A stretch of DNA of 50,546 nucleotides from Eubacteriales bacterium (lineage in GTDB: Bacteria; Bacillota; Clostridia; Oscillospirales; CAG-272). The stretch lies in contig JAZQUX010000190.1 of the NCBI GenBank assembly GCA_045631585.1, positions 1 through 50,546 of the forward strand, written 5' to 3'. A model generated the notes under the pieces. The model made no database searches, was not told where the DNA came from, and saw nothing but the letters and a program-made list of their open reading frames with translations. Position 1 is the stretch's first letter. Each line of letters opens with the position of its first letter. A program made the position numbers and the translations under genes. Positions 1 to 6,745 of the stretch are shown in pieces.

Positions 1-218
1 ACCGTATTGTCAACCTTTTCGTCATCGTTATATGCTCCGATAAGCTTTGCATTAACCTCTATCGCCTTGAGAAGGATATCCGCCGCAGCCTTATTGATGA
101 CACCGATACCCTCGACATTCTTCGCTACGCAGATTTTCGCCTTTCGCATCACGAACTCACAGTCTCGGATAAGTCGTTCCTTTGTGACGGGCTCTTCAGC
201 CCCAATCGCATCGCTGTC
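1..218. repeat. Left copy of the 218-bp window-end direct repeat (inside terS)
   Basis: Gap-free alignment to 50329-50546 with 9 mismatches (positions 51, 81, 102, 120, 138, 150, 153, 156, 159). Confidence 0.95.
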
Positions 219-428
219 AAAGGAGTCAAGCACCAATTCCTTACGCCTACGTTCAATTCGTTCCTTGATTTCGGGCTTTCTCGCCAATTCAGAGCCTCTG
301 TCATTCGCCACACGTTTCGTAAGCTCGCCGTTGATATGTATCAGATAAGCCTCATACAGCTTTGAGCCGTGAGCGACCGCATCGATAAAAGCCTCAAGAG
401 CCTCTTCGGAAACCTCAATTTTCTTCAT
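1..428 (-). CDS. terS: Terminase small subunit, 5' part (3' end runs off the window start; the homologous 3' end is seen at 50286-50546)
   Basis: ATG at 428-426 with GGAGGTG RBS at 438-444. Translation starts MKKIEVSEEALEAFIDAVAHGSKLYEAYLIHINGELTKRVANDRGSELARKPEIKERIE..., an HTH-like N-terminus typical of small terminases. In the circular map it lies immediately upstream of terL. Not in the ORF track because there is no stop inside the window. Joined to copy 2 it would be 156 aa. Confidence 0.6.
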   Translation of the reverse strand, partial: MKKIEVSEEALEAFIDAVAHGSKLYEAYLIHINGELTKRVANDRGSELARKPEIKERIERRRKELVLDSFDSDAIGAEEPVTKERLIRDCEFVMRKAKICVAKNVEGIGVINKAAADILLKAIEVNAKLIGAYNDDEKVDNT

Positions 429-469
429 TTTTTAGCACCTCCGTTCGTTTTTTATATCCTCTACATAAA

Positions 470-501
470 ATGCTACCACAGAAATTTGCATTTTCATTCA
501 C
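470..501 (-). promoter_or_regulatory. Late-promoter-like motif, copy a (upstream of terS)
   Basis: Minus strand reads GTGAATGAAAATGCAAATTTCTGTGGTAGCAT. It shares GT[GA]AATGAAAA-N10-TGTGGTAG[CG]AT with 36485-36516 and 43948-43979, and ends 41 nt upstream of the terS ATG. Confidence 0.55.
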
Positions 502-750
502 GATTTTACTTTTGTGCAAAAATATTTTGTATTTTCTTCTCTTAAGGTAAGATTGTGCAAACAAAAGACAAAAAAATAAAGCCAATTCAAGACAATTGTC
601 CCCGAAACGGCAAAAAAACAAAGCCCCATCGGAACGCCCGACAAGGCAAATGCGACTCATTTTGAAAAAATCAATAAAGCCATATAATATAATTTTATGT
701 TAAAAATAAATAAAATAGGGTACACAGGGTATTTTTTTGACGAGATTCCG

Positions 751-792
751 ATAAAAAAGAAAAGTCCCGAAGCAGCATAACCGCTCCGAGAC
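751..792 (-). terminator. Intrinsic terminator after the HTH gene
   Basis: Minus strand has GUCUCGGAG / CUUCGGGAC, a 9-bp stem (2 G-U pairs) with an 11-nt loop, followed by UUUUCUUUUUUAU. Confidence 0.65.
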
Positions 793-808
793 CATTTCAA
801 ATATTAAT

Positions 809-1024
809 TCAGTCGTCCTCATCAGGAACATACTCGATGATATCACCGGGTTGACAGTTCAACAGCTCACACACCTTGTTCAGGCAATCCCCGTAAACGA
901 CATTTCCGCTCCGAATAAGCTGTATTTGGCTTTCCCCGAGCAATCTATCCTTCCGCATACGATAAGAGCTGTATCCCGCCTCTTTGAGCGCCTGAAGCAC
1001 ATCTATCTTGTATTTGATAGCCAT
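809..1024 (-). CDS. XRE/Cro-type helix-turn-helix regulator (71 aa)
   Basis: Internal ATG at 1024 of track ORF 809..1312, with AAAGGAGA RBS. Sequence MAIKYKIDVLQALKEAGYSSYRMRKDRLLGESQIQLIRSGNVVYGDCLNKVCELLNCQPGDIIEY matches the short HTH family ending ...L.C.PGDI.EY. It has its own consensus promoter and is divergent from the small-gene island. Confidence 0.75.
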   Translation of the reverse strand: MAIKYKIDVLQALKEAGYSSYRMRKDRLLGESQIQLIRSGNVVYGDCLNKVCELLNCQPGDIIEYVPDEDD

Positions 1025-1055
1025 AGTTTTCTCCTTTCGGTATTTTTTCATTATT

Positions 1056-1084
1056 ATTATATCATATATATGCACCGAAGTCAA
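1056..1084 (-). promoter_or_regulatory. Sigma-A consensus promoter for the HTH gene
   Basis: Minus strand TTGACT (1084-1079), 17 nt spacer, TATAAT (1061-1056). Confidence 0.7.
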
Positions 1085-1126
1085 GTGTACAAAATAACCA
1101 AATTGCAACGCCTCTTTTTGTGCACC

Positions 1127-1141
1127 TATACAAAGTGTATA
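1127..1141. promoter_or_regulatory. Palindromic operator candidate between the divergent promoters
   Basis: TATACAAAGTGTATA is a perfect 6-bp-arm palindrome. A related half-site GTGTACA at 1085-1091 abuts the -35 of the minus promoter. Confidence 0.4.
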
Positions 1142-1158
1142 TTTTTGCTGAAAAACTA

Positions 1159-1187
1159 TTGACAAACACCGAAATATGGTGTATAAT
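1159..1187 (+). promoter_or_regulatory. Sigma-A consensus promoter of the small-gene island
   Basis: TTGACA (1159-1164), 17 nt spacer, TATAAT (1182-1187). Confidence 0.75.
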
Positions 1188-1299
1188 GGTGCCAACAAGT
1201 TAAGACACGGACACCGTTGGTAGCCCGTTAACAGCTTGAAATTTTGCCAAAAATTGGCAATTTTAAACGATGCAAATATTAAAAAAAGGAGAAACAAAA

Positions 1300-1491
1300 A
1301 TGACAAACACACAGAACACCATCACAGACAAGATGTACGCAGACTTTATAAAGGAAGCGATAAAGAAAGAAGGTTGGAAAACAGCCGACATCGCAAACAA
1401 AATGGCGCTTGAAACCGAAGCAATCACACTCGACCAATACAGAATGGCGGCACAGATAATTGTAGCAGCTTATAAGAAAGAAAATTGGTAA
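1300..1491 (+). CDS. Hypothetical small protein (63 aa)
   Basis: ATG at 1300 preceded by AAAGGAGA RBS (internal start of track ORF 1270..1491). First gene after P1159. Confidence 0.65.
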   Translation: MTNTQNTITDKMYADFIKEAIKKEGWKTADIANKMALETEAITLDQYRMAAQIIVAAYKKENW

Positions 1492-1505
1492 GGAGGTAAA
1501 CAAAA

Positions 1506-1691
1506 ATGACAAAAACTGAAAAATGTTATCGCGTAAAACACACCGATTCGAGCGGTTTGCAGTACTTTGATGTTGAGTTAGTAGGGCAGAAAGCTTTAGA
1601 AGGTTATTTATGGTTTTTGGAGTGCAGATTTGGTCAGAGAGTAAAAGAAACCGCATTAGTTGAAGAATACACTATTAACATCTATCAGTAA
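1506..1691 (+). CDS. Hypothetical small protein (61 aa)
   Basis: AAGGAGG RBS 7 nt upstream. Same operon. Confidence 0.65.
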   Translation: MTKTEKCYRVKHTDSSGLQYFDVELVGQKALEGYLWFLECRFGQRVKETALVEEYTINIYQ

Positions 1692-1742
1692 CTACCACAC
1701 CGAGCCGGGCGGTTAATCCCGGCAGAAAGAGAGGTAAAGAAA

Positions 1743-1928
1743 ATGATTAAAGGAATGATTAAAACGCTCAATGTAGCGATGTACGCAGGTGAGATAAGCT
1801 TTGATTGCGTAAGAGACCTGCTTGCACAATTAAGCAAATTGACAGGCAAGGAATACGACATCGTTAATCGCAGAGTAATCGTTAAAGACGAATACGGGAA
1901 AATACACGATGCATATGTGTGGGCTTAA
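1743..1928 (+). CDS. Hypothetical small protein (61 aa)
   Basis: AGAGAGG RBS. Same operon. Confidence 0.6.
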   Translation: MIKGMIKTLNVAMYAGEISFDCVRDLLAQLSKLTGKEYDIVNRRVIVKDEYGKIHDAYVWA

Positions 1929-2050
1929 TTCAGCCACAAGGAACACAAGCAGAGCAGCTCTCCCTCGGGAGAGTTAATGCGGACAGGCAGACGGTTGCAA
2001 TCCCCGAGAGCCGCGCAAATAAAATTGTTTTTTGAAGGAGAAAAGAAAAA

Positions 2051-2524
2051 ATGATTATCGACCTTATTTTAAATCGAAAAGACGGCGACGACTACAGCGC
2101 AAACAAATTCTACCACGACATTCTCGAATACGATGCGATTTTCGACGGCATAGCCACAGACATCCTTCGTGCGTTAGACTCAGGCACAGAGCAAGATGTG
2201 AAAGCAGCACTTTGCGATTACATCACAAGAAACGAATACAATCCTGCCATCTGCGAATATGTAAATTCGGTCAATTGGCTCCCCGAAGAGCTAACCCCTA
2301 AATACACAATTAAATCGATTAGCGAAGAAGGAACATACTTCCTTGTCAACGGTTGGAGAAAGCACCAAAAGCTTTGGATTTCAAAGGACGAAGTCAAGAA
2401 GGATTTAAACAGGGCAATGTCAATGTTTTTCGACAGCGCCGCACAAGCGAAAGCGAGTCTGACAAAGCTCCTGAAGATAATGCCGGAATACGCTACCGAT
2501 AAATTTGAAATCGTTGTTTTTTAA
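2051..2524 (+). CDS. Hypothetical protein (157 aa)
   Basis: GAAGGAGA RBS. N-terminus MIIDLILNRKDGDDYSANKFYHDILEY resembles, from memory, an uncharacterised family in Firmicutes phages/ICEs. The competing track ORF 2032..2301 is an R/H-rich off-frame artefact. Confidence 0.7.
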   Translation: MIIDLILNRKDGDDYSANKFYHDILEYDAIFDGIATDILRALDSGTEQDVKAALCDYITRNEYNPAICEYVNSVNWLPEELTPKYTIKSISEEGTYFLVNGWRKHQKLWISKDEVKKDLNRAMSMFFDSAAQAKASLTKLLKIMPEYATDKFEIVVF

Positions 2525-2537
2525 GGAGGAATCAAAA

Positions 2538-2726
2538 ATGGCAAAGTCAACAAAGGCATACGCAAAAGAAGTACTCGACATATGGAAAAAAGAATCAGTC
2601 CTGTTCAACGCAGGTTTGAACGAAGCGCAGTTTCAGCTAATCCTTGAAGGCTACGGAATAAGAACGGCAGATGCAATCTGCATAACAATGGCCTGTGTAG
2701 TTGCAGGCGCAAAATTCAAAGACTAA
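2538..2726 (+). CDS. Hypothetical small protein (62 aa)
   Basis: ATG at 2538 with AAGGAGG RBS (internal start of track ORF 2505..2726). Confidence 0.65.
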   Translation: MAKSTKAYAKEVLDIWKKESVLFNAGLNEAQFQLILEGYGIRTADAICITMACVVAGAKFKD

Positions 2727-2821
2727 TATCCCGACAGGTGATAGCAACGGCGAAAGCCGTTGTAACCCGGCGCTCAAAAATCTAAAGCATTGAGCGGGAA
2801 AATCAACAAAGGAGAATAAAA

Positions 2822-3013
2822 ATGGCAACAATAACCATATCAGCTATGTGGGCAAAAGCCTATATGCGTTTCCTCAAGGATGTCGGCGTACAAGCCCTCT
2901 GCGAGTATAACAGCGAATCCGACACGATGACTTTCACTGTTGCTGAAGAGGACGAAATCCGCACCCGAGAATGGAATCCGAGACATTACGCAAAATATAT
3001 GGAAAGGAGATAA
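2822..3013 (+). CDS. Hypothetical small protein (63 aa)
   Basis: AAGGAGA RBS. Confidence 0.65.
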   Translation: MATITISAMWAKAYMRFLKDVGVQALCEYNSESDTMTFTVAEEDEIRTREWNPRHYAKYMERR

Positions 3014-3016
3014 AAG

Positions 3017-3256
3017 ATGAATACCGCCCTGAAAAAGATGGAAGATTTCGCAAGAAACGTTCTGAAACTTCCTACAGAGGCTCAAAACGAGCTTTTCAAA
3101 ACCCTTGAAGAAACACTTACCCCCGATGAGGTAAAGGGCTTAAAAGGGCTTGTAGGGCTCTACAGACTACACACAGACCTGAAATACTACAAGGCAATCG
3201 AAAACGCCCTTGCCGAACAGCTTTATAACGAATTCAATAAGGAGGAACAGCAATGA
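3017..3256 (+). CDS. Hypothetical small protein (79 aa)
   Basis: AAAGGAGA RBS. Starts 4 nt after the upstream stop. Confidence 0.65.
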   Translation: MNTALKKMEDFARNVLKLPTEAQNELFKTLEETLTPDEVKGLKGLVGLYRLHTDLKYYKAIENALAEQLYNEFNKEEQQ

Positions 3257-3375
3257 CATTCAGAGAAGCTTTTGAAGCATTCCTCGAGATGAAGGGATAC
3301 CGAACCGTAGCCGCAATCGCAGGAATTTGCACAGCGATATATTTCGCCGCATTAACCGCATCCGTACTTATGTAA
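3253..3375 (+). CDS. Small membrane-type protein (40 aa), not in the ORF track
   Basis: ATG overlaps the upstream stop (ATGA) and has an AAGGAGGA RBS. Sequence MTFREAFEAFLEMKGYRTVAAIAGICTAIYFAALTASVLM has a hydrophobic C-terminal half. Confidence 0.5.
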   Translation: MTFREAFEAFLEMKGYRTVAAIAGICTAIYFAALTASVLM

Positions 3376-3379
3376 CCCC

Positions 3380-3408
3380 TTGACAAACCCGAAACAATTC
3401 TGTATAAT
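3380..3408 (+). promoter_or_regulatory. Second sigma-A consensus promoter inside the island
   Basis: TTGACA (3380-3385), 17 nt spacer, TATAAT (3403-3408). Confidence 0.7.
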
Positions 3409-3437
3409 AAACTCAAACACAAAAGGAGAACAAAAAA

Positions 3438-3710
3438 ATGAAAAAAGAAATCACAGCCCTTGTAGAAAGTAAGGAAGGAACACTCAAGATTAATCAGTAT
3501 TGCACCCTCCACCGTTGGACTTGGGCAGGCACAAAAGTTGACGCGTTAGAAGTAAGATTTGATTTAATCAGCATATCAAGCCACACATACGAAATCCACT
3601 CCCGTGATTGGCAGGGCATCGTAGAAGAGATTAAAGAAGCACAGACGAAAGCATTTGCGGATACCGCAAACCACTACAATAAGGTCTTGAGCAACGGATA
3701 TATAGGTTAA
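3438..3710 (+). CDS. Hypothetical protein (90 aa)
   Basis: AAAGGAGA RBS. First gene after P3380. Confidence 0.65.
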   Translation: MKKEITALVESKEGTLKINQYCTLHRWTWAGTKVDALEVRFDLISISSHTYEIHSRDWQGIVEEIKEAQTKAFADTANHYNKVLSNGYIG

Positions 3711-3726
3711 TAAGGAGAACAAAAAA

Positions 3727-3951
3727 ATGAAAACACTTAAAAAAATAACAGCCTACCGCATCGAATTAGAAAACGGACACTACTGCGATATCACCGAAAG
3801 GGGAAACAACGAATACGACTTTTGGCTATACCACAAAGAATACGGAACAGCAACCTATATGTTCTGTATCAAGGCAAACAGCGAGGAAGAAATAATAGAA
3901 TTAGCAACCGCCAACGCACCCGACTATTACGACTTCATCGACAAAGATTAA
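3727..3951 (+). CDS. Hypothetical protein (74 aa)
   Basis: AAGGAGA RBS. Last plus-strand gene before the bidirectional terminator. Confidence 0.65.
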   Translation: MKTLKKITAYRIELENGHYCDITERGNNEYDFWLYHKEYGTATYMFCIKANSEEEIIELATANAPDYYDFIDKD

Positions 3952-3964
3952 ACTAAACAACAAA

Positions 3965-3999
3965 GCTCCGAGGAGAAATCCCCGGAGCCTTCTTTTTTT
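3965..3999. terminator. Bidirectional intrinsic terminator between convergent operons
   Basis: GCTCCG...CGGAGC stem followed by CTTCTTTTTTT on the plus strand, preceded by AACAACAAA (U-rich on the minus strand). Confidence 0.6.
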
Positions 4000-4327
4000 A
4001 TTCCACTTTGTTTTGCTGTTCCCCGCTGACGGGACCAAACTTCCAACCCCTGAAAGCTACATCCCACTTCTTCTTAACTTCCTTGATAAGCTTCGAAAGT
4101 AAAGCCTCGGAAACGTTAAACTTAATCGACACCGATGTCAGGGTATCCTTTGTCAGCATTCCGTAAAAGACCGCACCGACATACTCGTCAGCTACCGTTG
4201 CCGAAATCAGCAGGAAGAGTCTGTCTCTGAATTCTTCCGTCTGATATGCAGGATTAAGGCATACCCCGTCAATCAATTGATTTTTCTCCCTCGATATCCA
4301 ATCCCTCTGTTTGTTCCTTGAGTACAT
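3998..4327 (-). CDS. Putative late transcription regulator (sigma-70 region-4-like / RinA-ArpU-like HTH), 109 aa
   Basis: GAGGTGG RBS. The segment ...VFYGMLTKDTLTSVSIKFNVSEALLSKLIKEV... resembles region-4 type HTHs. It is the last gene of the early operon, the usual place for late activators. Confidence 0.45.
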   Translation of the reverse strand: MYSRNKQRDWISREKNQLIDGVCLNPAYQTEEFRDRLFLLISATVADEYVGAVFYGMLTKDTLTSVSIKFNVSEALLSKLIKEVKKKWDVAFRGWKFGPVSGEQQNKVE

Positions 4328-4415
4328 ATACGACCACCTCTATTCCGTCATTATGAAATGTAAAAGCAGCGAATCAATCACCGAATATTCAATATACATA
4401 TTTTTTCTCCTTTAT

Positions 4416-4661
4416 TTACTTTTTTCTCCCTCGAGAGCGCTCATCAATTGCCTTCTTGAGCTTGTTGTGCTTGCCTTTTCGCACCATCCCGTATGCCCAA
4501 TCTTGTATTTTGATTTTCCGCACCTTTTCGTTTTTCGCTCTTCGAGCTGCCTGCTCGTCAAAATAATCTTTGCAAGTTGAATGGCAAACCATCGTCCGTT
4601 TGGGGCATTCATAGCAAACCGATTCCCCAAAATTCAATCCCTTATTCGTTTTTCCCGTCAT
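4416..4661 (-). CDS. Cys-rich small protein (81 aa)
   Basis: ATG at 4661 (internal start of track ORF 4416..4703). Sequence MTGKTNKGLNFGESVCYECPKRTMVCHSTCKDYF... has a basic C-terminus. Confidence 0.6.
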   Translation of the reverse strand: MTGKTNKGLNFGESVCYECPKRTMVCHSTCKDYFDEQAARRAKNEKVRKIKIQDWAYGMVRKGKHNKLKKAIDERSRGRKK

Positions 4662-4830
4662 GCAAGAACACCTTGTACGACTTAATGTCAACACGATCCG
4701 CATCCATCATACTCTTGACACGGTGCTTGACGACAGCAGGGTAATCCTTTCGGATAAACTTCTCGTCAAGATTTGTCTTGATTACCTCGGTAACTTCAAT
4801 TGTGTAAATAACTGTGGTTTCTTTATTCAT
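4642..4830 (-). CDS. Hypothetical small protein (62 aa)
   Basis: ATG at 4830 with AAAGGAGA RBS. Overlaps the upstream stop by 8 nt. Confidence 0.6.
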   Translation of the reverse strand: MNKETTVIYTIEVTEVIKTNLDEKFIRKDYPAVVKHRVKSMMDADRVDIKSYKVFLHDGKNE

Positions 4831-5125
4831 TTTCTTTTCTCCTTTCACCGTAACTGCAATAATGTGTTGGCTTTACCGCAAATCCGCTGTAATTGCAAGA
4901 TAGCATCTCATTTCCTGTAATAGCACAAATGCGTGTTTCTCGATATTTGCAATCCTTGCACCGCACAACCTCAACCACATCAGCTTCAGGAGCATCATCA
5001 ACCATATCGAAAACAAAATCAACATCACAGCTTCTGCATCTGATTCCGTCGTTGTTATTGCATCCTTCACAATAATCTGATTTCAATCTTTCAATTAAAG
5101 CATCCGCATCAATATACCTTGCCAT
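4823..5125 (-). CDS. Cys-rich hypothetical protein (100 aa)
   Basis: GGTGGTG RBS. Several CxxC-like pairs (CEGC, CRSC, CKDC). Confidence 0.65.
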   Translation of the reverse strand: MARYIDADALIERLKSDYCEGCNNNDGIRCRSCDVDFVFDMVDDAPEADVVEVVRCKDCKYRETRICAITGNEMLSCNYSGFAVKPTHYCSYGERRKENE

Positions 5126-5129
5126 TCAA

Positions 5130-5264
5130 TCACCACCTTGACTCTTTAATAATATTTACGTAAAATCTTATTAACAAAAGTAAGCAATGTACAGCGAAGC
5201 AAATCCAATAAGCAACGCCTGCTTCAATTGTTGCTCCTATGATTGCAAACAAAACTATATTCAT
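5130..5264 (-). CDS. Small hydrophobic protein (44 aa), not in the ORF track
   Basis: ATG overlaps the upstream stop (ATGA). Sequence MNIVLFAIIGATIEAGVAYWICFAVHCLLLLIRFYVNIIKESRW. It fills an otherwise 135-nt gap in a gap-free operon. Confidence 0.45.
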   Translation of the reverse strand: MNIVLFAIIGATIEAGVAYWICFAVHCLLLLIRFYVNIIKESRW

Positions 5265-5653
5265 TCCGCACCGCCTTTCAACGCCCTTTCAGCATCCTCA
5301 CGGGAGAGGAATACTGTTTTGCCGATAAGCAAATCTATCCTATTCCTTATTTCTGTTTTGCCATACCACAACTCATTGCTAACAACCGTTATCCACTCTT
5401 TCGGCGTAGTATATAAATTATATTCGAAGTGTGTTATGATTCCACTTACAACGCTATCAGATGTGCGGTCAACGATATACACAGCATCCCCCGCCTTGCA
5501 AGGCAACAGCACAACCCCGTTCTCAAGCAGGTAGTCGGCAATAAACTCTGCACCCCTTGGAGAATCTATGAGAGAATCTATATCGCCACACACAGCATTA
5601 AGGATTTGCTGTATTTCTGCTTGCTTCAACAGCTTAATCAACCTCTCACGCAT
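5261..5653 (-). CDS. Hypothetical protein (130 aa)
   Basis: ATG at 5653 with GGAAGGTG RBS. The track start at 5662 is GTG. Confidence 0.65.
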   Translation of the reverse strand: MRERLIKLLKQAEIQQILNAVCGDIDSLIDSPRGAEFIADYLLENGVVLLPCKAGDAVYIVDRTSDSVVSGIITHFEYNLYTTPKEWITVVSNELWYGKTEIRNRIDLLIGKTVFLSREDAERALKGGAE

Positions 5654-6338
5654 TGTCAGCACCTTCCTTCTCCGTCATTTCTCCGCCCCATTGTTCTGCC
5701 ATTGCTTGTGCTATGCCCTCAAAGGTCTTGCTTGCATCCTTTGCATTATGTGCCACGCCTCTGCTACCTCCTCGCCCTTTTGCAAAGCCTCCCGTATTGC
5801 TTGGCAAAAACGGCTTATATTCGTTCAAAATGTTTGTAGGAATTAACTTCGGTAACCCTTTCAGCCACAACAATGTGCGTTTGGAAAAAGGATGCCCAAA
5901 TTGATACGGCTGAATTACTTGAGATTTTTTAGGCAAGCCTACAACCTTTAAAGGTGTCGGATTTTCAACACAAATTCTTTCACAATCAGCTTCAAGAAAA
6001 GTCATAAAAAATTCTTTCGCCTTCGAAGCCATCTCAAGCCTTTCTTGGTTAATATTGCCTGCCGTTAAATACATAAACCTCGCCCCTGCTTTGCTCATAT
6101 ATGTACACGGCGGATGAGCAATAATCATATCCCATCTTCCGTCAATGGTATGCTTTGCTCCGTCCATCGTCACAAATTCGCATCCGCCATTGATAAGCGG
6201 TATAACATCTTGCATTATATGCCATTCGGGATGCCCACCCGAGCATTCAATAATGTCACAAGAATATGCTTCGTGTCCTTTCGCACGAAAAGCCTTGCAT
6301 ACCGCTTGGCTCTCTTCACAAGCTACAAGTACTCTCAT
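5646..6338 (-). CDS. Short DNA cytosine-C5 methyltransferase-like protein (230 aa)
   Basis: PC motif IIAHPPCTYMS and ENV-like motif VENPTP. Non-canonical N-terminal motif I region (VLVACEESQAV). Confidence 0.65.
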   Translation of the reverse strand: MRVLVACEESQAVCKAFRAKGHEAYSCDIIECSGGHPEWHIMQDVIPLINGGCEFVTMDGAKHTIDGRWDMIIAHPPCTYMSKAGARFMYLTAGNINQERLEMASKAKEFFMTFLEADCERICVENPTPLKVVGLPKKSQVIQPYQFGHPFSKRTLLWLKGLPKLIPTNILNEYKPFLPSNTGGFAKGRGGSRGVAHNAKDASKTFEGIAQAMAEQWGGEMTEKEGADNA

Positions 6339-6496
6339 TTCTTTTCTTCCGTCATTTCCCTTACAAGGTTGTCAATTGTCATCTGCAAACCATCGTGAAG
6401 TGCATAAATGTCTTTCAACTTCTCCGCAAACTCTTTGATTCCGTATGCATACCCTTCATCAAATGCTTTTTGTAGTTCTTTACCTATGTCAAACAC
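6335..6496 (-). CDS. Small protein (53 aa, GTG start), not in the ORF track
   Basis: Open frame (V/M)FDIGKELQKAFDEGYAYGIKEFAEKLKDIYALHDGLQMTIDNLVREMTEEKK with helical, coding-like composition. Its stop overlaps the methyltransferase ATG (ATGA). Confidence 0.45.
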   Translation of the reverse strand: MFDIGKELQKAFDEGYAYGIKEFAEKLKDIYALHDGLQMTIDNLVREMTEEKK

Positions 6497-6502
6497 TACC
6501 TA

Positions 6503-6745
6503 TCACCCCATCCTTTCCAACAGTTTCGGAAGCCCTTTTCTGACGATTTCGGCTGTTGCTCTTTCGACAACCTTTTCAACGATTTCATCCTTGTGGGAAT
6601 ACACTATATCCTTGACCGCTTGTGATATTTCGTGACCAGTATCACCATATTTACTTTGAATTTCTCTGTTGAATATGGTGTTAATAATGCCGTTGATTTG
6701 TTCCGTAATTTTGGAATCGTCAATGGTAATAACATAGTTACTCAT
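6503..6745 (-). CDS. Hypothetical protein (80 aa)
   Basis: ATG at 6745 with GGTGGAG RBS and ATGA overlap with the upstream gene. Confidence 0.6.
   Translation of the reverse strand: MSNYVITIDDSKITEQINGIINTIFNREIQSKYGDTGHEISQAVKDIVYSHKDEIVEKVVERATAEIVRKGLPKLLERMG

Noticed and set aside
7-660. Track ORFs 7..348 (+) and 415..660 (-).
   Set aside because: 7..348 is the antisense frame of terS and starts with TTG. 415..660 spans the RBS/late-motif/non-coding leader and has junk composition. Note also that the first M in track translations can stand for GTG or TTG.
661-688. Plus-strand TTTGAA-16-TATAAT element in the terS upstream region, and GGGTACA-like words at 718-731 resembling the origin iteron.
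   Set aside because: This is a weak -35 in very AT-rich DNA pointing into the 3' end of the HTH gene. A single iteron-like word could be chance. I could not define a pac or cos site from sequence alone.
4340-4399. 19-aa micro-ORF (MYIEYSVIDSLLLHFIMTE) with a strong AAAGGAGA RBS upstream of the late-regulator gene.
   Set aside because: It is too short to support on sequence alone. It could be a leader peptide or chance. It is worth checking only if ribosome profiling becomes available.
5138-5166. Plus-strand TTGACT-17-TAAAAT promoter-like element antisense inside the early operon.
   Set aside because: It lies within the 44-aa hydrophobic micro-ORF in AT-rich sequence. The only downstream plus ORF (5187..5534) is an antisense artefact, and no terminator follows. 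It is kept as possible spurious or antisense promoter only.
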